Below, piece after piece: positions 29,229 through 38,668 of a DNA stretch of 64,000 nt. Source of the DNA: Planctomycetota bacterium (GTDB taxonomy: Bacteria; Planctomycetota; UBA8108; SXIK01). The stretch spans positions 2,304,001 to 2,368,000 of the forward strand of contig OZ244999.1 of the NCBI GenBank assembly GCA_965223265.1. Direction: 5' to 3'. Both the position numbers and the translations under genes were made by a program. How positions within the stretch are numbered: position 1 is the stretch's first letter; the number at the start of each line of letters is the position of its first letter. The notes beneath the pieces are model-generated. The model saw only the letters and a program-made list of their open reading frames with translations. It searched no databases and was not told the DNA's origin.

Positions 29229-30290
29229 TTACATCGTGACTCGATGATCTTTGCTGTGCAGATAGTTCATCGTCTGCATCGTGAGAAAAATCGCCGCCTC
29301 GAGTTTGAGGTTGTCCTCCTGGCCGGAGACGCGCAGGTCGAGCTCGCGAGAGCGCGCGATCATATCTTTCAGCACCATATTGATGGTGTAGGCGTACTCC
29401 CCAGTCCAGCGTGCGATACGTTTACGAAGTTCCGGCGCGAGTCGTCGCAAAAATGAGGCTGCCGGTCTGCCGCGCGGGTTTTTCGTGCTACCGACGAACA
29501 AACGCCGCAGATGGGCGTCGTAGAAGTCCGGGTAGTCCGAACCGTAGCGCTCTTGTTTCTCCCGATAGTGCTCTCGCAGTGTCGTCGTCAGGCGATCGAT
29601 GGGTTCCACTCTGGCTTTCGAGCGTTTCGGTGGCGTTTTCCCGCCGATCTCCTCCATCAAACGGTCGACGTACTCGAGCTTCTTCACTGCTGGCCAATGA
29701 TGATAGCGCTTGCGCCAGTTGGACCCCGGTCTTAGCCAAACGGCGAAGGTTTCCGCGAAGTCTTCACAGGGGTGGCTCTGAGCGTACCACCAGTCAAGAT
29801 GGAGAACGTAGTCGCGGCTGAATGGCTGTGGTCGATAGTACTCGGGGTAGGGCTGAGACGCTGAGCCGAACTGTTCACGCCAATTCTTGCGGCGGCTGAG
29901 GCGATAGGCGGTCTCGTAGGCATGGCCGGCTTCGTGGCGAAGGAGCTGCATGCACCACTTTTTCGTGCCGCCTTCGATTTCGAACATCTGTCGATCCTCT
30001 AGTCGCATCAGGCGGGGATGCGTCAGATAGAAAGGCATTGCGATGCCCGGGATATCGTCTGGAGCGAACCATTCACTGGAGAGCCAACAGCGTGGTCGGA
30101 ACGACAGACCAGCGCCCGCGAGTTCCGCGTAGAGCTCTTCGACGCGCGACTCAAGCGCGGTCCCTTCGATGCGCACGCCGAGGTCACACAGTCGCAGGTC
30201 GAGGAGCTCCTCGTCCGACAGACGTACCCAAGCCGGCTCGCGGCTTGAGGCGCGGCGCCGTGAACGCGGCTGCGTCGTCAAGTTTTCCAC
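29229..30290 (-). CDS. Putative zinc-binding metallopeptidase
   Basis: LRHEAGHA zincin motif and YAQSHPCEDFAETFAVWL. Confidence 0.8.
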   Translation of the reverse strand: MENLTTQPRSRRRASSREPAWVRLSDEELLDLRLCDLGVRIEGTALESRVEELYAELAGAGLSFRPRCWLSSEWFAPDDIPGIAMPFYLTHPRLMRLEDRQMFEIEGGTKKWCMQLLRHEAGHAYETAYRLSRRKNWREQFGSASQPYPEYYRPQPFSRDYVLHLDWWYAQSHPCEDFAETFAVWLRPGSNWRKRYHHWPAVKKLEYVDRLMEEIGGKTPPKRSKARVEPIDRLTTTLREHYREKQERYGSDYPDFYDAHLRRLFVGSTKNPRGRPAASFLRRLAPELRKRIARWTGEYAYTINMVLKDMIARSRELDLRVSGQEDNLKLEAAIFLTMQTMNYLHSKDHRVTM

Positions 30291-30593
30291 GTGTCGTTCC
30301 TTCGCATTCTCGTCACGGAGTTCACCTGGCGGACGCTAGACGGTGAAGCCGCCGCAGGATGATTTGCGATCACCGACACCCGCGGTCGGGTGAGCAGCGT
30401 GTGCTCGCCATCGGCGTTGCCGCACGATTGTAGCGAAAACAGGGAGCGACGTCACCTGCGTGGGGAATGACACGGGAATCCAAAGTCGCAGTCACCAGGG
30501 AGGTCGCCGAACTTCGTCGTGCATCGCATGAGCACGCGACTTCGCGCCATCGAGGGCTCCGGGCGGAGGCGTTTCGCAGGCCGACCCGTGACT

Positions 30594-32099
30594 TTAGGCG
30601 TCGTTGCCAGAGCTGGTCGATGCGCTGCCGCGTCGCCTGTGGATGGTCAGGGCGGCGAGGATGAGCACGCCCGTGGCGAATACGAAGATCCAGCCAGGGC
30701 CGCTCCAATGTTCGGGCTCGGGACGCCCCCAGAACTCGAAGTTGAGACGAAAGTACACGGCCGCAGAGAGAATCAGTGCCCAGCGCGTGAAGGTGACGCC
30801 CGGTTGTCCTTTCTGTCCGCGGCGCGCGAAGAAGATCGCAGCTGCGAGCATGATCAGCACTGGGAAAACGAAGTAGTATTCCCATGCCTTCGCAGCGAGG
30901 AGGAAGGTGGTCTCAGGGTTGTCGAGGTCGCCGCGGGCCCGCAGCGTTTTGCCGGCAATCGGGATGGCGAGGAGCGGGAGTGCCAGCAGATACGGAAAGT
31001 AGCGGCCACCGAGGATGAAGACGAGCGGCAGCGCACCGACGGCGAGAACGGGATCCGTGAACTGAAGATCCATGCGGACGAGCGCTAGGATGTAGACAAT
31101 CGCCACAAGCCACTCGACTGCCGATGGGATCGAAGGGGCGTCGGGTTCCGTTGGGGCGTCGGTGTCGAGCGGAGCAATCAACCGGCGGTTGAGCCACAGC
31201 CCGACTCCCATGCCAAAGCCCAAGACGAGCCCAAAGGTCGTCTCCATCATGTTCCACCAGTTGCCCACTTTGACGAAGATGCCTTCGTGGAAGGGTTTGA
31301 ATCCCCACTGGCGCGCTGCCTGGACGCTTTGTCCGATCGTGAACCCGAGTCCGCCGGAGATGAAGCCGACGATCGTCATGTTGCGCGCCAGACGATCCTT
31401 CTTAAACCAGCCCAGGTAGACGAAGAGAGTGCTCAGGGCCAGGAGGAGACCGCCCCAGCTCTCGCGGCGCGGTTTCATGTCGACTTTGTCGGGTTCCCAC
31501 TTCCAGTGATCGGAAAAGTAAATCGCTGGCAGTTCACGACTCTCTCCAGCGAACGGACGAAACGGTTCGTTGAGAAGGAAGCGCCCAAGAAAATAACACA
31601 CGACCAGAGCGACCATGACTCCAAGAACCTCGAGCGGCCGGTACTTCTTGCCGCTCAGGCCGATGCCGAGGAAAGCGCCAGCGAATCCGATCCAAATGCC
31701 TCCCTTGATGAAAAGGCCGACCATGCCCCATCGCAGGGCCTTCCAATTACCGTTGAGTTCGTAGTCGTGCGTCAGTCCGACGGTTTGCCCATAGGTCATC
31801 GAGCCGCCAAAACTAAACGCGAGTGCGGTCAGTGCGACGGCGCGCGCTGCATTCAGTGACGTCGCGCGCGGGCAGGAGAGAAACACGAGAACGAGCCCGA
31901 CCAGAACGCCCGGAACCATCGCCCCCGTCTCGTGTCCGTACTGGCCACGAATTCCCCAGCCCAAGCCTCCAGCTAAAGATGCCAGTAGGGCAGTACCAAA
32001 CAGGGCGGGAAAGGAGTCGAAAAAGGAGTCGCGCTCGCTTTCGAATTGAGCTAAGTCGTCGCTCGGAACGTTTGCTGCAGTGTCGCTGGTGGTGTCCAT
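30594..32099 (-). CDS. Multi-pass membrane protein of unknown function
   Basis: Many hydrophobic helices; GGLGWGIRGQYGHETGAM, GGSMTYGQTVG, NWWNMME. Confidence 0.7.
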   Translation of the reverse strand: MDTTSDTAANVPSDDLAQFESERDSFFDSFPALFGTALLASLAGGLGWGIRGQYGHETGAMVPGVLVGLVLVFLSCPRATSLNAARAVALTALAFSFGGSMTYGQTVGLTHDYELNGNWKALRWGMVGLFIKGGIWIGFAGAFLGIGLSGKKYRPLEVLGVMVALVVCYFLGRFLLNEPFRPFAGESRELPAIYFSDHWKWEPDKVDMKPRRESWGGLLLALSTLFVYLGWFKKDRLARNMTIVGFISGGLGFTIGQSVQAARQWGFKPFHEGIFVKVGNWWNMMETTFGLVLGFGMGVGLWLNRRLIAPLDTDAPTEPDAPSIPSAVEWLVAIVYILALVRMDLQFTDPVLAVGALPLVFILGGRYFPYLLALPLLAIPIAGKTLRARGDLDNPETTFLLAAKAWEYYFVFPVLIMLAAAIFFARRGQKGQPGVTFTRWALILSAAVYFRLNFEFWGRPEPEHWSGPGWIFVFATGVLILAALTIHRRRGSASTSSGNDA

Positions 32100-32343
32100 A
32101 GACTCACTATTCTCTCAAACGGCAGCGGCTTTCGGAAGAGGCCGGTGCGTGACGAGAGAAACGCAGATCAGTCGATCTGCAGCGTTGCGACACACCGATG
32201 GTCGTCTGTTAGGTTTGTGTAGGGCGATCGCCGCCTTTCGCCGAAGGCGTATGCACTCGCACGTCGCGTCGTTGGAAGCGCAGGCGGTCGCCCGCGGCGG
32301 ATGCAGCGGATGCAAGAGACCTTTGCTAGCGAGGACGCTTTGA

Positions 32344-32800
32344 TTACAGAGTCGGAGTCAGAAGCGGATCCGGACGGCCAGATGCAGATACAGGATACAG
32401 ATCCGGATACGGGGTCAGATGCAGATACAGATACAGATACAGATCCGACAGTTGCATAAGTTTTCGCAGGAAGGGCTCAGAAACCCTTTCCCTGAGGTTC
32501 GATCGGCAGTTGAAGGACGTCGCGGCGGACCTCACGTTTGGTGAGGTTGACGGTGTGCCGTGTTCCCCCTCGCCCACGCACACCCACACGCAAACGTACA
32601 CGAAAACTCTCACTCAATCGCAATCGCGCACGGTCTTAAGGCGCGTCTCTTTTGCAACGTTGGGGACAGATCCGGATTGGGATTCAGACGCAGAAGCAGA
32701 TCCGGATACGGATTCAGACACGCAGAGCGCCGGCGCGCCCACGCCTTCGCTTGCAAGACCGGACGGCACGCGCCCGTGCCCGCTGCTTTAGGAGACGCCG
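32344..32800 (+). repeat. Gene-less hexamer-periodic composite element
   Basis: gagtcg gagtca gaagcg..gataca x3; 121-bp block 32445-32565 homologous to 52018-52140; gcccac gcacac..gcaaac tract; REP-like block 32753-32799. Confidence 0.8.
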
Positions 32801-32816
32801 GCTCTCTTCTGCCTAG

Positions 32817-32975
32817 CAGCCCGTTGAAAAAGTCATTCGGCCGAGAAACTGGCCTCTTCGCGCCCAGATCGATCGCGTCAATACTCGAAAATCTCGGAGA
32901 TTACCTGCGTTTGCCGCGGCCGATCTGGACGCGAAGAGACCAGTTTTCGGCTCGAAGCACTTTTTCAACGGGCTG
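32817..32975 (-). mobile_element. 159-bp MITE, copy 2
   Basis: Same internal sequence in reverse orientation; CTAG duplicated on both sides, the right copy being the stop of the adjacent gene. Confidence 0.9.
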
Positions 32976-33761
32976 CTAGGCGTCCTTCCCGGGAAACAGA
33001 GGATGCGATCGCAGTACGCGAGGTAAGAGCTTTGGGTTGATTCGCCTCGTCTCGCGCCAGTTCCACTTTGCTCGGGCGCATAAGTCCTTCGTCGCCGGGG
33101 TCCACTCAAGCCATTTTCTCTCGTACCAGTCTGCAGGCAGTTCGTGGGCGTGACTGTACGTGTTGATCTTTTCATACATGCGTTCGTCTGAAAGGACCCA
33201 ACCGAAATGCCAGAAAAAGAGTTCCTTAGGTAACTGCACGTCTGGGATTTCTATCGTGCGTCCTCGTTCGAACGAATCGATCGCATCTGTCCTGTAGCAT
33301 ACGTTGTGCCACAGGTCGTCTGCGATGATTTCGTAGTCCATGCGCCTAAAGAGATTACGGTAGCGACAGCGGAAACGGTTGTGATGCTTCTGGGTCACGA
33401 TTCTGCTCTTGATCTCCTGCAGCATTCCATCTGCATACAACTCGTCGGCGTCGAGGACGTACGTGTAGTCGATGCCCCAGCGCTTGAAGAGGTCCAACGC
33501 TTCCGTGCGCATAGCCTCTTCGGAGTCCCAACGACCTTCAACGACGTGGATGTGAGGATTCTCTTTCGCGTGTCGTAGAACGATCTCGCGAGACCCATCG
33601 TCGCCGCCAAAGTGCCGTCTTGCCTCGACGTTGTACTTGACGAACGGCACATCTGTATGCATGCAAACGATCACATCGAACTGATCGGCTGCAGTCTGAA
33701 GACAGTAGTCGATATAGTCGACCTGGCGGTAAGCCAGGACAATCGCACCGAACGTTGCCAT
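32976..33761 (-). CDS. Glycosyltransferase family 2-like protein
   Basis: Likely ATG 33761, 5 bp after the upstream stop. GDDGSREI, VLDADE (DxD), HFGWV. Confidence 0.7.
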   Translation of the reverse strand: MATFGAIVLAYRQVDYIDYCLQTAADQFDVIVCMHTDVPFVKYNVEARRHFGGDDGSREIVLRHAKENPHIHVVEGRWDSEEAMRTEALDLFKRWGIDYTYVLDADELYADGMLQEIKSRIVTQKHHNRFRCRYRNLFRRMDYEIIADDLWHNVCYRTDAIDSFERGRTIEIPDVQLPKELFFWHFGWVLSDERMYEKINTYSHAHELPADWYERKWLEWTPATKDLCARAKWNWRETRRINPKLLPRVLRSHPLFPGKDA

Positions 33762-33765
33762 GTCG

Positions 33766-34527
33766 TCAGCTGCCTGCCCCCTCGGCGGCGACCTCTTCGA
33801 AGTCGGTGAAGCCCCAAAAGCGAGCTGCCCACTCCGAGTAGGCTTTCCGTTCGTCAGGGTGCATCCTTTTGGCGTATCGCTGCCAAAACGCGAGTAGGCC
33901 ATTGCGGTTGGCCGCGGAGCCGGGTGTTGAGAGTCGAGGGCCATCGTGCGTGCGAAAGATGACTGTGCGAGTCGGAATGCCCAAGTACTTCTCGTCACTG
34001 TCCGCCAGTCGAATCCCAAGATCCAAGTCGTTCATCGCCGGAAACTTCGAGTCGAATCCGCCAACGCGATGAAACGCCGCCGCCGCGATCGTCAGGTTCG
34101 ATCCCCGCAGTCCTGGATTGCGACACAGGAAGCGCTCAAACTCCAGTCTCTCCGGAGCGATCAAGCCTGCATGCATACCCGTCGCGTCGAGGTCCCAGAA
34201 ACTGGTACACACGACAGAGGCGCCGCTACTTTCGATGCCTCGCCTGACGCAGTCGAGATGGGTCTCGAGCCAAGTGTCGTCGTCATCGAGGAAGGAGATG
34301 TATTCTGACGTCGCTGCCTTGGCGCCTATGTTTCGGGCCGTGCAAGGATTCTCTCGACCACCAGTCCAGACGCATCGCACATTCGAGGAGGGGGGAGGCG
34401 GCGCTTCTTGGGTGTCATAGACGACAACCACTTCGTCGGCCGGGGAGATCTGACGTTCGATTGAATCGAGCGCGGCAGCCAGTGTTGGGCGACCGGTTGT
34501 TGTTACGATCACCGAAATCGTCGTCAT
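33766..34527 (-). CDS. Glycosyltransferase family 2
   Basis: ISVIVTT, ARNIGAKAA, ISFLDDDD, VGGFD, NDLDLGIRL. Confidence 0.85.
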   Translation of the reverse strand: MTTISVIVTTTGRPTLAAALDSIERQISPADEVVVVYDTQEAPPPPSSNVRCVWTGGRENPCTARNIGAKAATSEYISFLDDDDTWLETHLDCVRRGIESSGASVVCTSFWDLDATGMHAGLIAPERLEFERFLCRNPGLRGSNLTIAAAAFHRVGGFDSKFPAMNDLDLGIRLADSDEKYLGIPTRTVIFRTHDGPRLSTPGSAANRNGLLAFWQRYAKRMHPDERKAYSEWAARFWGFTDFEEVAAEGAGS

Positions 34528-34638
34528 CTCGCAGACCCAAAGTGTTCACCACGTTGGCTAAGTATAGAACGTTGTCCTGCGACGACAAAGAGGATAGCAT
34601 CTCGTACGCGTTCGCAGTGAGAGAACCTGCTCCCCTAT

Positions 34639-34797
34639 CAGCCCGTTGAAAAAGTCATTCGGCCGAGAAACTGGCCTCTTCACGCCCAGATCGACCGCGG
34701 CGAGCCTCGAAAATCTCGGAGATTACCTACGTTCGCCGCGGTCGATCTGGACGCGAAGCGACCAGTTTTCGACTCGAAGCACTTTTTCAACAGGCTG
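34639..34797 (-). mobile_element. 159-bp MITE, copy 3
   Basis: TIRs intact; CTAT duplicated on both sides. Confidence 0.9.
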
Positions 34798-34975
34798 CTA
34801 TGCGGCGAAGTCGACGGGAAGCTGCAGGTTTCCCATCGCGAGCTTGGAAGCGTGTAAGGTAGGGTCGTGAGAGAGCGGTCCAGATGGGGCCATCAGGGGA
34901 GGTTTGCGTGGCGACCAAACGGAGCTGTCGTACCCGACTGCCGCTACCATTCGGCAAACGTTTGATCTAGTCGCG

Positions 34976-35085
34976 ATGCAAATACGTGCTGTGTTTTTTG
35001 GTACGCTTCCTCCGCACCAGGGGGGAGCCCCTCTCAGTTTGGCGCAGATCCTGTGCGGAATTGCGCGGGCCGGACATGACGTTCG
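34976..35085 (+). pseudogene. Probable truncated GT4 N-terminal fragment
   Basis: MQIRAVFFGTLPPHQGGAPLSLAQILCGIARAGHDV resembles a GT4 N-terminus; similarity is lost where the frame runs into the 3' end of the convergent gene. Confidence 0.45.
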
Positions 35086-35135
35086 ACGCGATGTACTCCA
35101 GGCGGTGATGCGTGTTCAGACGACACGGCGCTCCG

Positions 35136-38100
35136 CTAACGACGACTCGGTGCCGTCGATTCGAGGAAGTCGCAGAGAAGATTCAGGTGGCGCACGAAGG
35201 TCCTTATGTGGAATTGCTCACCGTCCAACCATCGTCCCCTGCGATCGAGGGAGGCGGCGAGTTCCTTCACGCGTGATTCGAGGCGTGCAGCACGGCGGGC
35301 ATGAAAATGCGGCGTTAGATGTTCTTCGCGGGCCTTGAGGATGGATTCGCGACTTCGCGATTGGAGTTCGCGGTAGCGCTTGATCGCTGCGTCGATTCCG
35401 TAGCCTCCCTGCCAGCCGTAGCTTCTGCGTTCGCGATCGCTGATCTCGAAGATGCTGTAAAACGTCTGCCGCGGCGATTCGCGATCGCCGTAGATGGCTC
35501 TATTCGTGCCGACCTCGTAGAGCCGAGCCCAAACGCGCGACGTGTCGCCGCGGCGGCGGCGGATTCGTTCCACCGCGACGTCCGCTAACGCGAGTTTTGA
35601 GCTCTCAAGCCACTCGATCGCTGGTGGAATCGGCGCCAAGAACTTCGAAGAACCGGTCTGCAGGTAGAGCTCGACGAGGGTGCCGATATTTTGCGCCGTC
35701 ACCTGACTGCAAACACCCGCCGGCTCAAACGAGCGGGCCGCCGCTGGACGCCCGTCGTGCGAGTACTGCTGCGCCCAACCTGCCTGAGGCGACGGCAACT
35801 GCGATGCGATGATGAACTCACCTGCCCGCCGGGCTGCCGTCAGGTAGCGACCGGTGCCGTACTGCTTCTCTGCTGCCAGCAGCACAACGATGCAGTCGTT
35901 GATCGCCCGATCGTTGAACGTGTAGTAATCGTGATAGCCACCGCGCAGCGGATACCACTGCGGCCAAGCGCCATTGGGAAACTGAGCCTTGAGGAGAAAA
36001 TCCAGCCCAAGTCGAATCGATTCTTGAAGCCACGGCGCGTCGATCGTCGTGTCGAGGTCCATGAGAAATTGAAGGGCGCCCTGCGTGATGCGGTCGTCGA
36101 GCGTCCCGTGGCCACTTTGACGCGCGACACGGACCGACTGATCGATGCCCTCGGCTTCGACGCTCTCGGGCATGTGCGCGAGATCGGCGCGGTGGTCCCA
36201 GCCACCATGCTCCCTTTGTCCCCAAGCGAGCGCGCGCCCGGCGCCGCGCGCCGCGGCGAGATATCTGCTGTCGTTCGTCGTTCGGTAAAGGCGCAGGAAG
36301 GCCTCTCCGACGCTCGGAGTTCCAGGCGGCTGGACCCAGATTTCGGTGGCCGTGGCCTTCTCGTATGGTCCTTCGCCGAAACGCTCCTTGAGATCGAGCG
36401 AGTACGTGCCGGCGAAGCCACCGCGTGTCGAAATGGAACTCAGAAATCGTGTCGCCCGGGTCGCTGTTTCCATCGCTTCGGCGCGCAGCGTCGCGGCTCG
36501 TTTCTGGCGCTCTCTGTGAATGCGCTCGCCTTCGGGGGCGGCGGACGTGTCCTGCGGCGTGGCGTTGAGAAATGCCGCCATCTCGGTCGCGGCGAGGAGC
36601 GCCATGGCGCCGCCGCGCGGATCAGGTCCGAGTATGGCGCGGCGGTTGAAGTAGGCGGCGAGGCCTTTTTGTTTGCCGGTGCCGGTGCAGACATCGACGA
36701 GACTGCCGTCAGCTGCGACGCGCAGCTTGATCGCCCGCCACGAGCGTTCGATCACTGGGGTGTAGACGGCTCGATCGAGCCAGCCGCGCCGGATGCCGCG
36801 CAGCAGCGCGAACGTGATCATGCATGTCGAGCTGAGTTCACGATAGCTCGCTGGGACATCGATGACCTGATGCCAGGCTCCACTCGCGTCCTGGTGACGA
36901 ACGAGCGCTTGCATGTGGTCACGAAACGCCGCCAGCATCTCTTCACGGCCGCTGAAGCTCAGCGGTAGCGCTTCGAGGGAGAGAGCCAATCCAAGCGCTG
37001 GAAACCCGTTGCCGCGGCCCCACGCGGCCTGATCGAGCGGCGAGTGGCGGTGCAGGCCATCGGCGCGTAGATTGAGCTCGAGCATGAAGCGCATGTGTCG
37101 CAGACACATGTCGAAATACTTTTGATCGCCCGTCAGGCGACCGACTTCTGCCAAGATCGGGCAGCCCATGAAGACGGCATCGCTCATCTCGCTGTGAGCC
37201 GGCATAGCCTTGTGGGGCGTGCCGTCCGCATTGAATCCTAGATCAGCGGCGCGCCGTGCCAGGTCGATATAAGCCGCGTCGCCCGTCAGCCGCGTCAGCT
37301 CGGCGAACACCAAGTGGCCAGAGAGATGGCTCCCCGAGACCCGGTCGGGGAGCGTCGGGGTGCGGTGCGCGCGATAGGGGTCCACGATGCGGACGACGTC
37401 TCTCAGATGGCGCGGATTTCCCGTCAGCTCCCCGAGCCGAAGGCGACCGATGAGGGCGACCGCAGGAATGTAGGCGACCGAATCGAGCGCGTGCCCGTAG
37501 CGTCGCGACAGCTGCTTGGCGATCTCGAGGGGACTGCGGTCGAGACGCCAATCGAGCTCGGTGCGGGCTGCAGAAGGACCGCGGAAGTCGGCGGCCGTGA
37601 GCGACTCGAGGAGACGGGACAGAGCCTCGTGCGGGGCTGCGGCGGAGACCTCAAGCCGGACGCCAGGAATCGTACCCGTGGCGCACGGCGTCGACGTCAC
37701 GAGAGCTGCGATGAGGCCTGTGGACGATTTCAGGTCGGCGCTGAAGGCAGCGCTGTCGCGCAGCCGCTGGAGGCCGCGGTGGCGAGTGGACGGCGGCACG
37801 AGCAAGGTGGGCTCGCCGTTTGAGAGGGTGCTGATCTCGATGACCAGATCGGGCGCATGCATGCCGATCCAGCGCCACAGGTACGCGGCTCCGGGCACCG
37901 TGGCATTCCCATAAGCGACGCCAGTGGGCGGGAAGTCGACGGCGACGGGAGCTTTTCGATCGCCGTCGATCGCAAGCCGTGCGGGCGGGAAGATCGTCGG
38001 CACGGCGGCAATCGAGAACCGTTGCTGCAAGGTCGCCGCACGGTCACTCGTGGCCCACCAGGCGAGACAGGCGACCGTCGCCGCCGTCGAGTCTTCCACC

Positions 38101-38375
38101 CGATCGAGGGCGCCGACCAGGAGAAGACGCGTGCGGTCTGTCTCGAGATCGTCCCCGTCTGCACCGAGGAAGGCGACGATCGGCATGTGCTCAGCGGTCA
38201 GCCCGATCGGCGTGGGGGTCCAGCCGGGGATCGATACCCCGCTGAAATCCTCGGTCGGGACGCCTTCAGCCGCTCGCAGAAGCGGCGGCGTCGGGTCACT
38301 CCACACAAGCGCGAAGAGCGCTGCGCCTATGAGCGCCCTCGTTCGTACTGGTCGCCAGGTTTGGGGGGCTTTCAT
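35136..38375 (-). CDS. Secreted fusion of GH88/GH105 unsaturated glycuronyl hydrolase and PL10 pectate lyase, with an unassigned N-terminal domain
   Basis: GH105-like SDAVFM, WGRGNG, ELSSTCM, DVCTGTG; PL10-like TLDDRITQ, QFPNGAWPQWYP, YTFNDRA, GWAQQY..PAAARSFEP, WARLYEVGTN. Confidence 0.8.
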   Translation of the reverse strand: MKAPQTWRPVRTRALIGAALFALVWSDPTPPLLRAAEGVPTEDFSGVSIPGWTPTPIGLTAEHMPIVAFLGADGDDLETDRTRLLLVGALDRVEDSTAATVACLAWWATSDRAATLQQRFSIAAVPTIFPPARLAIDGDRKAPVAVDFPPTGVAYGNATVPGAAYLWRWIGMHAPDLVIEISTLSNGEPTLLVPPSTRHRGLQRLRDSAAFSADLKSSTGLIAALVTSTPCATGTIPGVRLEVSAAAPHEALSRLLESLTAADFRGPSAARTELDWRLDRSPLEIAKQLSRRYGHALDSVAYIPAVALIGRLRLGELTGNPRHLRDVVRIVDPYRAHRTPTLPDRVSGSHLSGHLVFAELTRLTGDAAYIDLARRAADLGFNADGTPHKAMPAHSEMSDAVFMGCPILAEVGRLTGDQKYFDMCLRHMRFMLELNLRADGLHRHSPLDQAAWGRGNGFPALGLALSLEALPLSFSGREEMLAAFRDHMQALVRHQDASGAWHQVIDVPASYRELSSTCMITFALLRGIRRGWLDRAVYTPVIERSWRAIKLRVAADGSLVDVCTGTGKQKGLAAYFNRRAILGPDPRGGAMALLAATEMAAFLNATPQDTSAAPEGERIHRERQKRAATLRAEAMETATRATRFLSSISTRGGFAGTYSLDLKERFGEGPYEKATATEIWVQPPGTPSVGEAFLRLYRTTNDSRYLAAARGAGRALAWGQREHGGWDHRADLAHMPESVEAEGIDQSVRVARQSGHGTLDDRITQGALQFLMDLDTTIDAPWLQESIRLGLDFLLKAQFPNGAWPQWYPLRGGYHDYYTFNDRAINDCIVVLLAAEKQYGTGRYLTAARRAGEFIIASQLPSPQAGWAQQYSHDGRPAAARSFEPAGVCSQVTAQNIGTLVELYLQTGSSKFLAPIPPAIEWLESSKLALADVAVERIRRRRGDTSRVWARLYEVGTNRAIYGDRESPRQTFYSIFEISDRERRSYGWQGGYGIDAAIKRYRELQSRSRESILKAREEHLTPHFHARRAARLESRVKELAASLDRRGRWLDGEQFHIRTFVRHLNLLCDFLESTAPSRR

Positions 38376-38668
38376 CGTCGGCTCGTCTCCTCGAGAGAGG
38401 TTCAGGGGCTGTTTGGGTGTGACTCTTCAGCCTCCAGCAGCCTGCAGGCGATCCTGCCGCAAGCAACCCAGATCGTCGTCGTACCCCCCGCGATTAGGAG
38501 CGATGTGTGCCCGCGGGTCAACTCCCAGGGCCACGCGGCCGTGCTGGTGGATTCCGCGTGCCCTCGGTTTTTCCGGTCACACGCCGTTTCAGATCCCGTC
38601 CGAATCCATGAGAGCTCGAAACGGCGAGCTCAAGCCAAACGCGAACCCCAAGCACTCGGAGGAATCCC

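Noticed and set aside
32817-34797. Composite transposon of two MITEs carrying the GT2 genes
   Set aside because: Each MITE has its own target duplication (CTAG/CTAG and CTAT/CTAT), indicating independent insertions.
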